From Tubulanus polymorphus (taxonomy: Eukaryota; Animalia; Nemertea), in the NCBI RefSeq assembly GCF_964204645.1, contig NC_134029.1:14100850-14164849 (forward strand): a DNA stretch of 64,000 bases. The letters run 5' to 3'. The notes under the pieces were generated by a model. It had not been told where the DNA came from. It was given only the letters and a program-made list of their open reading frames with translations, and did no database searches. The translations under genes and the position numbers were made by a program. Numbering within the stretch: position 1 is the first letter of the stretch; every line of letters starts with the position of its first letter. This document shows positions 51,301 to 64,000 of this stretch, one piece after another.

Positions 51301-53606
51301 TTTGTCACACAAAAGTCGGTCACGTAGTTGAATTCCATCAGAAAATGGACCACCAACAACTTTAAGCGCTTTCATTTTATAATTCAAATTTTCACAATGT
51401 ACACATGTACAAACATTACGTGTTTCGCTTAGTTTTCTTACGTTTAGCGGTCTCAATAAATAGAATTTTCTGAGACTTACAGACATGTCAGGAAATTCTT
51501 TGAGAAATAGTTTATGCGTAGCATTTATAGATAATAGGAGCATATATCCCGGGCCATCCTTGTTAGCATACCGTTTTTGCGGCATGACACAGGATATATC
51601 CTCCCGAAAATAGAATGAACGAATAGCATTTTTAACTTTATCAGAGATCTGATCTTTTCGCGTTCTACGGGCACCAGCAGTTTTTATTGCGTTAGTCAAT
51701 GTTTTCCGACTGACTGCATACTCTTTCGAGAGATATCTGATACTGGCCCTTTTACACTTCTTTGCTATTTCTAGGATAGCACTCTTAGTGAACCTATTTT
51801 TTGACCGAAGTTTTCGAGATAGTGGGTGACCCAATGCAGCTTTTTTTTCGGGGGCTCGCGTTTTGAATAAGTCGTTTTACAACCGCTGCATATTTCCGGG
51901 GGGACTTAGGTAAATTCTTTTTTGCCCTTGACGTGGCATTATAAAATTGCTATTTTCCAGTAAATGGACTTTTTTCTATCGGAGCACAGGCCTCATCATT
52001 TCCACTTCTTGATTTATTTTGTTCCTTTTTTGTTTGTTTTCTATTGCGATCTTTTTCGCGCACGCGTCGCAATTTCTGTGCCGACCATCTGGCATGCTCC
52101 TCGCGTTTCTTTTGACGCCAGTATTCACGTTGCTCATTTACTTTGTTTCTTGTTGCAGCATTATTTTTTACAGATGTTTTCTTTTGAGGTGTTTGATTCA
52201 AAACTATTCTTAGTTTTTTTACTGTTGTTTCATTTTTTTCATTTTTGCGTCTTTCACACATTTTCCTATTTCTTTCTTGAGCCAATTCATTTTCTCTAGC
52301 TCGTATCACTTTAGCTTTATTGCTAGGCTTTTGCTTTTGCAATTCTGTTTTATTTTTGTCTCTACGTAGGCGAGCTGCTACTTTTTGTTGTTCTAGATAT
52401 AATGCGTATTTTTCGGGGTCATTTTTCTTCATCAAATTACGATAATAGCTGGTGCGAGAAGACATAGTTATTATTGAAACAAATGCATTACGCAGAACGC
52501 AGAATTTGGGGACATATATAATGATAATTTGTACTATGAGCATCGATTCCGAAAGATTCACGCAAACATTCCTTCGAACCAATACATTCAGAACTGATTT
52601 CCGTCATAAAAAATACGTTCGATAATATTTTCCATCAAAACATTGAATTAGCGATACGTTCGGTCATTCTCCTTATGATCTGCGTGACCTTCATGACTCG
52701 ATCGATAAAAGCGAGCCATTTTTGCAAAATCAAGGCCAGTGATCGTACTTTAATATTGATTTCATGACAAAAAATGGTCATTAACCAACATATTTTTTTA
52801 TTTCAATTGTTCCCGACAAATAAGTCGCGAACGTAATGCAGTTTGAAGGAATGGTATAAACATATCAGCACAAAAAAACGTAACTTACAGAGAAAATCTG
52901 TGACTGGGGTTCAAAATACCAGGTCAGACCGGAACTAATGGGCATTTGAATGGGGCGTTAAATTTGAGGTCACGTGTTTATTTCAGTCCGGAACCTATCG
53001 CAAGTTTTTGAAGGAACAACTGAGGGCGATACGTTCGGTAATTCAATATTGATTTTTTTCCCGGCAGCGTGGCGATGAACTGCTTAGAGTATGTTTGATA
53101 TCATTGTATGTGCGTGGAGCGTCTATTTGCAGCCGATCGATAATATATGAGGCTCTGTGTGACCGCGATGCACTACGATAATTTCACGCGTATTTTGACA
53201 GATGATACGATACGTTCGCACTATTACAAATGATGTCGTGTTATTTAGATTAGTGTACTCTTAATTGTTATTTAAAGCCAATGCATTGATTACTAGAACC
53301 ATCGCTATGTATTAATGAAATTCGTTGCACGTTCGCTTATAAAATAGTTACTTTAAGGTAACTTATTTCATCTTAGCTTCTACGTTCGTTAGAAAATTTC
53401 GTCCATAGAAATACGTTCGGGATACTTTATTTTTCAGATTTTACAACAAAATAAATATCATACACTCATAAATCTTTCTTATTTATTCCACAATGATACG
53501 TTCATGAATATAAACTGAAAGAAAAAAGCATTTATCATATTTAAAACAAATTATACCCTTATAACTATATTGACGGAGTCTGGTACCCAATATTGTGCAA
53601 TCTGCC
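48339..53606 (-). mobile_element. Full-length Sola2-type DNA transposon (5268 bp)
   Basis: 26-bp TIR GGCAGATTGCACA(T/A)TATTGGGTACCA with one mismatch; 4-bp TSD ATAT (48335-48338 and 53607-53610). The empty site aagcatattttg is present in the paralogous repeat at about 9963-9974. Confidence 0.88.
49668..52465 (-). pseudogene. Sola2 DDD transposase with a few stops and frameshifts
   Basis: Basic N-terminus; CTCVHCEN; DFAKN..QDEIKSAYY..TVHP; SDDANHD; FSDGCSSQFKGK; EHGKGEGDGEIG; CFCMHC. In-frame C-terminal extension FDWPRRND..GPLTLEGHGPF to a stop at 49668. Confidence 0.85.
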
Positions 53607-56600
53607 ATATTCTGTTACCACAATGAATTAGAATGTTGTAGCTTATAACGTGTTCTATGATTGTAGTGCATATTTTGTTACCACAATGAATTAGAAAGTT
53701 GTAGCTTATAACGTGTTCTATGATCGTATGATTTTAGTTATTCTATATGGTCACCAGGGGGCATTGAATAGTATAATAACTTAGTATTTCCTTGCTATAT
53801 TGGTATCTTGGCATATTTTGTTACCATATGATCAATTGCAAAGTTGTAGTTCATGAAATGTTCTATGATTGTGGTGAGTTTCAAGGTCATTGGGTTTTGA
53901 ATATGGTCACCAGGGGGGCGTTGAATAGTAGAATAACTTAGTATTTCCATATTAAATTGGTAACAAGGCATATTTTGTAATCACAATCAATTACAAAATC
54001 GTAGCTGCTGACATATTCTATGATTGTGGTGAGTTTCAAGGTCATTGGTTTTTGTATATGGCCACCAGGGGGCGTTGAATAATACAATATCTTAGTTATT
54101 CTATATGGTCACCAGGGGTGTTGAATATTGAAATTGTTAGATTGTTGAGCGTTTGAAACCACTTCCCAAGTGGGCATTGTGTCCCTGGACCCCTAGTTTG
54201 GCTAAAAGTTACTGATTTTTTTTCCCCATAAATTATTTGAAAAAAAATATTTTCCGACTTTTTCAATATGGGCCGTTTTCATCCCTGTTTTATGATGGAA
54301 GGAGTGTGATGCATGAGTTATCCTAGAGACTTTCGGGAACTGATTTGGGTCCTCTCGGTTAAAGGGCAAGGTTCATTTCCTCCCTTCATAAACGGGTCGA
54401 CATACACTCATGGTGAATATTACACTCAGGCGTTTCCCTTGATATGGGGCTTCAGCGACATTCTTTAGCTTGTTCCCGCTTCATAGTCTACAGTTCCATA
54501 GGATTTTCTTATCACTAGGTATATGGATTAAAGGCATATGGAGGATAAACCCTTACACAAATTGAAGACGTTGCTTTAAAATGGCCTGATTAGCGATGTG
54601 TTATTAGTAATGCGACGTCGTTTTCTGGAAAAGGGGACGTCGCTTTCGGGAAAATGCGACGTTGCCTCTGTGTGAGAGTGTACATCGCTTTCTGGTAAAG
54701 GTGATGTCGCTTGGTGCCAAGGACAATGTCGCTTTTGGGTATAGCAACGACTGGCAAATTGAAAACTATAGGGCTTGTATTTTCTTCTAGAAACAAGGAT
54801 TGGAGAGGGAATTGGCAGGGAAAGAAAGTCAACTTCTAGAATTAACTGTTAAGTATAATGATTTAGAGGACAATCTCTTCCACACTAGACAGAATTTACT
54901 CTGCGAACAAGACAATTCAACGAAATTGGCTACAGAGGTAAATATCATTAATCTTCAATAAAGTTAAGATTTATTTTGGTGACTTGCACAATTAATTGCA
55001 ATTAATTGTTTAAATATTATAATATTTTAACTTTGTTTATCTGGCTGGGATGATGAACCTAATATCAAATTTTATTCAATACCTTACCTGTGTGCTATAA
55101 ATTTATAGGTATTGCATCTTGAAAATCAGGTTTGTGTTATGGATCAGTCTGTGTTGGCTGTAGTGTTCATGTTGTGGGTGTGTTTATGCTAGGTTCTCAC
55201 TTGGGATCATTATTTTGGTAGCCATTGTACGTGTGAAACCGGCCCCTGGTCTATCATCTTGATATGGTTGATAAGATCTAATAGTAAAGATTAACATCAT
55301 TAACTGAAAACCAGTTGATTAGAGCCATTTTGAGAATTTGTTGAATAAGAAAGAAAGATAAAAGTGATTTCAAATATATCATCTGTGAATGGCCATTGAA
55401 GAAATGCATGTTGTGACAATAAATAGTGAGTCCCAAACTGATATGACGATAGATGAAGTCTGAAAAGTTTCCTTATAGCTAACAGTTTATTGACTCCATC
55501 CACATTTTGGCTATAACCTATAACTTCAGGAATACTGAGTGAACAAAATGTTGAAATATTTATATAGGGCCTATACCATAAAGAACAGAAGAGACCAATT
55601 CAGTAATTAAGAGGGAAGCAACTAATTTTTAGATACAATGATAGAATTAGTCACCTAATAATTCATAAACAATATAGATTGGAATTTCGTAAAGGGCAAA
55701 TGCCATCAAAATAGAATATTGTTATGGACTTTCGCTTTAGCGAAGTCCATTTTGTTATCGCATATGAAAGTTTCTTGCTTTGGTACAAAATAACTTAGAA
55801 ATGAGGCATAGTTTCTCTACGGAACTTTCAAAACATTCAATGCAGTAATAAAATCTCTTACCCTATTGAATTTCATCGGAATCCGTTGCTTATTTATTAA
55901 TTTAGTTATTTATTTGTTGTTGTAACTACATTTCGTTTCGTTTCACATGCCCCTTTATATATAGGCCTATGCATGCTTCATACACGTCCTAGACACAGAC
56001 TCGCTGCAGTGTGGTGTACTGATCTGTTCATGTATATGAAAAGTGCGCCTCGCGCGTAGCCTAGTTCAAGTTTTCTTGGAAATTGCAAATGATTCAACTG
56101 CCAGGTTTCGTCGCGGGCGGCCGTGAAAAGCAGTGAATTTTATAGAAGGACAGTAAAATTGGGAAAGAGGGAAGTGAATCTTGGAAATTGTTCAATTTAT
56201 GAAAATAGATTGTCTAACGTTAACAAACTCTGACATAGTGTATGAAATAGATGATATTATTACACCATGAACGTGGAGAGTGTCTATTTGAGTAAGTGGG
56301 GAAAACCCACTACCATGTATATTCATGATGAATCATCATGCAGTTGTGTGTGATGGAGATCGTATCAATAGACAGATTTTCATGAAAACTTCTTGATTCA
56401 ATCATTTATGTAAGCGTGCGCATTTCTGAGCTCATATCTGACAAACACTCACAGCTTCTAGTCATTTCACTAGACGGTTCACATGGTAAATTTATTCGTT
56501 TAGAAGTGTTTCTGAATTGATAAACTCTTACCATTGTATTCTGTTGCTACTGTTGCTATGTATGACATTATAGATGTGTATTAGTGAGTAGCGCTGTTGG

Positions 56601-59053
56601 TCTGTGGATAAGGTGAACAAACGATGTTTATTTTATCCATTCTACATAGGCTATGACTAGCGCGTATGCGTGCGTGCGCTGATTGTCATAGACATCATGA
56701 ATAGCGCTACTGCGGGAAATATGTGAACTACATAGATGAATTGTGGATAAATAAATGACTAATTTATGGCTAATTAGAGATACCTTTTTCGATCAGTCAG
56801 ATGTCAGTTCGTTATTTCCATACTCAAGTTTCTTCTGGTTAAGCAATCATGGATAGTACAATTTTGATGGCAGTTGCCCTTTAACACGTTCGCTGCCACT
56901 GAAGAGATAAACCGTCTTGGTAGGTGTACCGCAGTTTGTCATGATGAGTTATATCGTCATCCATTCCATGTCATTTCATAGCATTATGAATGACCTGGCA
57001 GAGGCGAGAAACCAGCTAAGAATTGTTTGGCTGTATGGTGAGACGAAGATTTGTTTAAGTGCTTTTTGGTTTACCTTTGTCAGCGATATGATGTTGGCAT
57101 TGAGCCAATTCATGTAAAATCGCAGTACGTTTTTTTATATGAGCATTTGTTTCATTGGTTCTCGGCTTAAACGATGTATAATCGATGCGATTGAAGACAT
57201 GGCGAACCTTTGTCGATGACATGGTCAACTGACCTAAAATTCTACGAAAAACTGTTTTTGGTGGGAAAATTCTTAGCTCTCGCGTATAAATTTGCAATGA
57301 CCTCGATTGGGGGGCGTCGTCTCGCCGAGCGAATGGGATTGGCTGTTTTTGGGATATACGAGGAATTCCGGCTACTACTAAAATAATTATGGGAAAGCTA
57401 TAGAATGGCGTACGTTTCATTGGACTAGGTGCCGTATACGTGCCGATTTCAAATGCTCATCGCTGGTGAGGGTGTAATTATTTCACTCATCTGCCATAGG
57501 TATTGTTTCATTTTAATACCCGGTGATTGTTTTGATTGACATTGAGGTGTAAGCGAATATTCACTTACACTAGGCCTCCACATGCACGCGGAGTGCTACA
57601 CCACACACACACAAGCTCGTACAGTACAATACGGTGATGCTGTAACTCATGAACGTTTGACTTGAAAGTAGGCTGAATAATCGTAGCAGAAGATGAGCGC
57701 TGTGTTATCTGTTCGATAGAATTTGTAATAAATTGTTATTTCTTGTGACCTGAAAATACTAAGCAGCAAACTATAAGGTCTATCGAGGTCTGAATATTGT
57801 AGTGGTAAATTCCAGGATTTAAAACGATCTAATAGCCGATTTCTTCTGTACTGGTAATTTAGCTTCCGTGGCCAACATTGGAAGAGGTTGCCAAGCCCCA
57901 ATATTCAGCCACCCTCTGATATGTGACATCCCAAAATAATGGTCTGTTTGTCGTAACCCGACCAACCCGACTTCAGAGGTACCGAGTGAAAACTTTTTTC
58001 TTGGATTCTTTGAAATAAATTTTATTTTTGATAAAAACGGCCAACCGAGTATGAGCTACGTACATTTGAATTCTAGTGTGCATCGTGTGAAAACATGCCT
58101 TGACATGTGGCCTAGTTTAAGTTTCCAAGAAACTGGCAGTGTTCCAATAAGCTGCCATTCATTCTAATAGTGACTGTATTAAAGCTGGTAATGTAAAAGC
58201 GCGCACATATTCAATGTACTGTTTCAATTTTAACACAGAGATGACGCTCTGGACGAAGTTATAATTTTAGAATAATTCTTGAAATCTACGCTGACAAATT
58301 TCCCGTGCACAACATAGATGATTTTTTTGCGATATTGTTTCCATGTAAAAAAGCCCAAGGGTGAAAAATTTGTTTTTAGCTCTAGCTTTCAAGGTAAACC
58401 ACACTTTGCCCATGGGCAATTTATTTTAAAATTGCTTGGATTTTGGGAGGAAATCATCGTCAACTGTTCATGTATATCCCTTCGTCAAAAGACTGCGATA
58501 GGTTCTGCCTTTTTCGTGTGATAACCGATGTGGCGCGTGGTGAGGGATTGGACGCAGTAGATGTTCCAATCGGACCCCTGGTTGGGGGGGGGGGCCTTGG
58601 ATATCGAGTAATGGTTGAGAAAACGCACAGGAAGTGTATAGACTGCCCTTAGCATCAGTTCAAGTGCAAGGAGAGCATGTGCGACAGACTAGTTCATGCA
58701 ACTGCCACCAGGGGACATTGAAAGAACCATATATCTTCGGTTACGTAGCCATTTTGGAACATCAATACTTTTTACGTGGTATCCCTTGTACGTAGCTGGA
58801 TCCACATTATATCCAGCATATAATTGACCCAGGTTGCGCTACTTGGAAATAAGTCATATGAGTAAGTCATATAAGTCATACTGATTAGAATTATTTCGAT
58901 GATGCTTCCCGAACCAGATAGACAGAAACCCGTTATCGGTGCTATCAAAAATTCATAAAGACTAAAAATGTACAACTCAAAAAATTGTTGAGATTCTGTG
59001 ACAGATTTACTTTTTCAACTTAAAAATACAATTTTGGTATTGTTTGACTCATT

Positions 59054-59331
59054 GGGCCGACTCTATTATCCATCTGGACGCGTCCTGATGTCTCAAATTT
59101 CACTGTTTCATCGATCACGTGATCATCCGGATATCTCCGGACTCTCCATTCTGGGGAGGTGGTTTAGTTGCGGAGTGGATCCGTGCGGTTAAGAAAATAC
59201 ACGTTCAGCCTAGCATTAACAGGCAACCAGTCTATTAAGTGATAGCACAGTCGTTCTCCGATTGTACTCTTTTTCACCGAAATCACCGGATCATCCGGAT
59301 ATCAATCCGGACGTGATAATAGAGTCGGCCC
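59054..59331. mobile_element. PIF/Harbinger-like MITE (278 bp)
   Basis: 17-bp TIR gggccgactctattatc / gataatagagtcggccc with a 3-bp TSD ATT on both sides. Confidence 0.75.
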
Positions 59332-60739
59332 ATTGGAATCTCTCCTATATAGATCATAGCTGCTTAACTATGAAGCCCACTTTCTCACTAGATGGCGAAT
59401 GATCTTCCTTCTTTTTCATAGATTTTCATAGCTTCACAAGCATTTTACTGGGTACTCCTGTGGTAACCAGATGGCACTACAATCGGATATTGGCATATAA
59501 GTCAGTCATTAGCATGTGATTAGTGGTGTTTCTGTGCATGCCTGTGTTACTATTTTCGTTTGCTGACCCAGACCAGCTTCTGTTTATATACTTTAGTAGA
59601 AAACTATAGTAAAGTCACTATGAGCACTTTTGCTTGTACTATAGTACCTGGAAAATCTGTGTGACTTGAGCGATATCTTGAATGGTCAGAATATCTAAGT
59701 GAAATGGTAGTAGCCACGTTTATTGTATCCGGAGCAAAGAATCCTAATGAAATATCCTGATTGATGCAATTACATTTGCGTATACATATGAATTTTCTCT
59801 GATCTTTGATCTATTACATAACAAAAAGCTAGAGAAATTACATAATTGCACATGGTATTTGAAAAATTCCCGATAAAAAAATGTCGAATCAGAAAACGCA
59901 TAAAGCCTAATTCCTAAAAATGACCTTACATTTAATTACTGTGCTTGTATCGATACTCGCAATTCATTTAAATTTCATCCATTAGCGGAACGAAAAGAGG
60001 CTTTACAACTTCTTTTGATTCCGTGTTTTATAGAGATAGTGAAAACATATCCGCTTTAAATGTAGAACTTACAGATAGCTTTTTCAAATTATCCTCAACT
60101 GTTCTCTACCTCGAATCCTATAAACTTGCTAAACCGACGAGAAAAAATGCGTTTTACCAGTTTTTCTCAGATAGGTGAATTACACTGAATTTTCTAGAAG
60201 TAATGCGTTTATCATCATGCGAATAACGACTTGTACGAACCTGTGATATAGAATAGCAATACGAATGGGAGTTTTAGGCCATAACAACACATATATGAAT
60301 AAAAGAGTTAACATATTACATCAGGATGGATATTGGGGTATATGTGTATGACTACTAAAAGGATAGTTCACGGTTTTACCTGTGTTGCCATGCATCACTG
60401 TGTGTACAGGTTCAAAACATAGCAGTTGCTCTTCTAATTACCGTGACTAATTATCAGTGCCCATACCCATAGAAACCATCAAACTGATCAACTCAAAACA
60501 TATATAAAGCCGCATTCATGTAATGTCTTTCAATTGCGACAAGTAATGCTGAAAAGATGACTACATTTTTCCAGCACAACCCGCCGTTATTTATGTTCCA
60601 GTACTTTCTAAAGATACTGACCATAAAACTACTTAAAGGGGCAGTAGCAAAATTGCCCTTAATGCTGGTCCATCGGAATTGTCAAAAATAGTTAACTATA
60701 TTCACGATTCATTTGCGTTATTACACATACGAATTTTAA

Positions 60740-62007
60740 GTTGTTCTGGAGATATTTTTCTTGAGATTTCTCAAGGAAATGTGATGTGGGATTCACTACC
60801 AGAGGACCAGCAAACCGTGTCGAAGATTTTAATATTCAAATCTGGTGTTCTGAAACATTATTTATGCAAGGAATTATTATTCAAAACATCATGTCTATCG
60901 GACGTGGCAATAGATTGGAATGCAATCGATGATATGCTTCGTCGGATGTCTAGTGAATATGTATTCTGCACAGGCATATCCAGACCAGAATTTGACGGCG
61001 TTTGTTCATCAATCAAGTATATTCCATCGTTCGTTATCGAGAGAAAGATTCCGCCATCGTTTATATCAAAAAAGTGAAAAAATGGTATAAAGTTCAATTC
61101 AATGCTACAGTAAAAGATCGAGAGGCAAGATTATCAGCAAAGTCTCGATGTCCGGAATGTTTAATTGCTTATCGCAATCTTCGAAAGAGGAACAAGCGTG
61201 AACAATTGGTTACTCCGCAAACTAAAGCAAGAAGTTCAGAAAAAGATTCCAACCGTCCTATGACAAATTTGACACCACAAAGCAAAAAGCGGAGAATTGA
61301 GAGAAAGAGTTCAAGTGCTAGAAATGTAAAGTGTCGATTAATTAACACCTCACCGGAAATTGAAAATGACTATACTATTGAACTGGAACAGTCCCAATGT
61401 AAGGAATTGGAAGATTTTTGTTCTCACGTCAAGCCTGGTGATATCGAAGCCGTCTTAGCAGAAGCAGAATTAGAAAAAGATAGATTGCAAGCAATAAAAA
61501 CTACCTGGGAAGCTGATCAACACCGCAATAGTAAGTGAATGACAATCATTTTAAATTCCATGAAAAATTCATATAATTCTGAACCATAGATATTTTCAAT
61601 ATTGGAGGATACTTTAGCCCATAATTCCAGACGAAAATGAGACTCTTTTAACTCAATTTTTTTTGTTGATTTAAGTTCAAACTGATAAGTGAAATCCAGA
61701 CAAAATTTACAAAATATTTTAATTTTTCAAAATAGAAACTGGACAAAAAGGAAACCGTTGGAGTATGGTGGCCTATCGAATTGCTCTGTCAATATACTGT
61801 CGAAGCCCTGCAGCCTACGTAGCAATACAAGAGTGGGGAATTTTCGAACTGCCCTCGCGAAGTTCACTGCAGCGCTATTCTACTGCACTGCTGCAGGCTC
61901 CTGGAACGGAGTCATATTATGATTATTTAGAAGACACATTTAACAGTTATAATTTGTGGAAAAATGAGTGTACATTGAAAGGCAAAATGTCACCAACCTC
62001 AACTGGA
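60740..62007 (+). pseudogene. N-terminal part of a second P/THAP9-like transposase gene, cut by a Gypsy insertion
   Basis: CPECLIAYRNL zinc-binding-like segment; intron 61531-61736; then GNRWSMVAYRIALSIYCRSPAAYVAIQEWGIFELPSRSSLQRY, a P-transposase signature. Confidence 0.65.
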
Positions 62008-62103
62008 TGTAAAAGTACAACAAGTCAATACGTGGCCATGATGTATAGTTTATTTTAACAACTCTAGATGGCAGCACCTGCCAGTACAAACAAATACATT
62101 ACA
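62008..62103 (-). repeat. Putative 96-bp 3' LTR of the Gypsy element
   Basis: On the minus strand, PPT aaggagga is followed by TGTAA...TTACA with an internal aataaa. P-transposase sequence lies directly beyond. Confidence 0.7.
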
Positions 62104-64000
62104 TCCTCCTTAAGTATAAAGAATACACCGAATGCTAAATTGTATGAACCAGCAAAAATTATACCTAATAGCCTAATATACTTATCTAACCTAAGACCAA
62201 TTACTACAACAAGTAACTCAAGTTTGAGTTTTTTTGTGGTAAAAACAATAACCCAAAAGGACAGAAAACCATTTCTGTTCTAATCTAACATGCACAAGTT
62301 TCTAATCTAACATGCACAAATTTCTAACAGGCACAAATAAGTAGATCAACATCGAATAATGCAAATTGATATTGTAGTTAATGTTAGTCATCATTGTACA
62401 TTATTACAATGCAAATAAACTATCAGTTATTAAGTAACATAATCAGCCAAGTAACTTGGTTTTTTTTACAAATCGACCGGACGTTTTGGAAACATTAGAA
62501 TCACTAACAACCTGAGGAGTTTCAGGGGGGTCAGGGAGACTAACTACAGGAGATTCTGGGTAGAAGGGTGGAGATTGAGGAGGTTCAAATTCTGGTAGTC
62601 CCTGAACTAATACCGGCGGTATAGGCAGAGTTTCCTCTCCAGTTTTAAGTAAGTGTCTACGATTACGACGCAATTGTTTACCATTAACATCATTAAAATA
62701 TGATCTTTCATTATTATCAGCAACTGCTGTTACACGTGCCGGTTGCCAAGTGTCTTTTGCAGACTTTTTGTACCTCACTATTTCACCTGGCCTCAGTGTA
62801 GGCAGTGATCTGGCGGCTCTGTCATAATATTTCTTGTACAACTCTTGCCTTGACTGAAGACGCAAGTGATCCCTATTAGAATTTGAATTTGATGGTTTTG
62901 ATATGACCTTGGCAACTGGCAGTCTCGTTTTCAGATGTCTACTCATCAGTAACTCTGATGGGCTTTTACCCACACCCTCTAGAGGTGTATCTCTATATGC
63001 CATAAGAGCAAGGTAGATGTCTCCACTAGAATCCTCGGCTTTTTTTAACATGTTTTTAACTGTTTGTACAAAACGCTCAGCTTGTCCATTTGATTGTGGA
63101 AATGTTGGACTGCTAGTATCATGAACAAAGCCCCAGTTTCTGGCAAAGTTCTGAAAGTCTCTACTAGTAAACTGCGGTCCATTATCACTATAGGTAATGT
63201 CGGGTATTCCATGACGAGCGTAGATTGACTTCAACGCGTTAGTCGTTGATTTACTCTGGCAGTAACGCAACTTCTGGATACTTCGAGTAGAAGTCAACGC
63301 AGATCAGATAATCCCGATGTCTGAAGTGAAATAAATCACATGCCACCTCAGCCCATGGACGATCAGGCATTTCGTGAGGAATTAATGGTTCCTTGCGATT
63401 CGCGTTTCTCGTTTCTAGACATATTTTGCAGCGCGATACCATGCGTTCGATGTCTTTATTCATATCCGATCAATATAATATATCTCTCGCTCTGCTTTGT
63501 TTACATTTCACGATGCCGAAATGCGACTCGTGTACGATTTCGAGCATTTCCGGATGCATTTTGGCGGGAACTATGATACGCTGTCCGCGATACGCAATGC
63601 TGTCGATAACACTAATTTCATCACGAAATGTCATATGTTTTCCAAGTTCTGGATTGATATCTCGCTTATCTGTCGGCCAACCGATCATGACCGCAGTGCA
63701 AAGTTGCTGCAATACGGGTTCCGATTTCGTTTCCTCGCATAACTGGCATAACTGGAAGATATTTCTCGACGCTACAGACTTCCAGTTCTTGACAGTCTGC
63801 TGTTTCATCTAAACACGTACGACTGAGCGCATCTGCCACATACATTAGTTTACCCGGTTTGTAAACAACGTTGAATTGATATTCACGCAATGCCATGCAC
63901 ATTCCTTGTAATCGCGGTATAACCTTATCTTACGACTTCGTGCAGATCGACACTAACGACTTATGATCCGTCTCGATTGTAATCTCGCGACCATAAATAT
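62008..64000 (-). mobile_element. Ty3/Gypsy LTR retrotransposon, 3' part (RNase H, integrase, 3' LTR), frameshifted
   Basis: YKPGKLMYVADALSR; VHESHFGIVKCK; CKIC; PWAEVACDLF; VDFYSKYPE; SDNGPQFTS; PQSNGQAERFVQTVK; RRNRRHL. Confidence 0.92.

Larger units (their letters stand above)
47717..54197 (+). mobile_element. Helentron/DINE-like non-autonomous element interrupted by a Sola2 transposon
   Basis: Starts in a T run; subTIR gcccacttg (47723) / caagtgggc (54167); cgtccgtccgt microsatellite; 3' hairpin gtccctggac; internal tandem units of about 155 bp at 53610-54120. Confidence 0.7.

Noticed and set aside
54200-58900. Short ORFs and possible repeat termini (hairpin at about 55725-55750, cgtaacccgacc at about 57952)
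   Set aside because: No protein motifs, and I could not pair termini or TSDs confidently.

Overview
This is AT-rich, intron-containing animal (invertebrate-type) genomic DNA made up almost entirely of nested, mostly decayed mobile elements. A few phase-consistent exons of a host coiled-coil gene run through it on the + strand (29.1-47.1 kb, possibly also 2.4 kb). The centrepiece is an endogenous Polinton/Maverick (adintovirus-like) remnant at about 11.5-27.0 kb. It carries a protein-primed PolB with N-terminal zinc fingers and an HNH/EndoVII insert, a penton-like minor capsid gene and several small intronless ORFs. Five of those ORFs start in a poxvirus-late-promoter-like TAAATG context, and a perfect 28-bp hairpin sits just upstream of polB. 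The remnant is interrupted by two Helentron-type inserts and a BEL/Pao retrotransposon, and is truncated by a Kolobok fragment. Also present: two P/THAP9-like transposase pseudogenes, an L1/Tx1 LINE, two CR1/L2-type LINE fragments, two Kolobok elements with P2X7-ballast-like (KolX-type) genes, a full-length Sola2 transposon with TIRs and TSD, a Gypsy element with a 96-bp LTR, MITEs, two inverted copies of a 31-bp-array element and local tandem duplications. All family calls come from motif recognition by eye; no database search was run.
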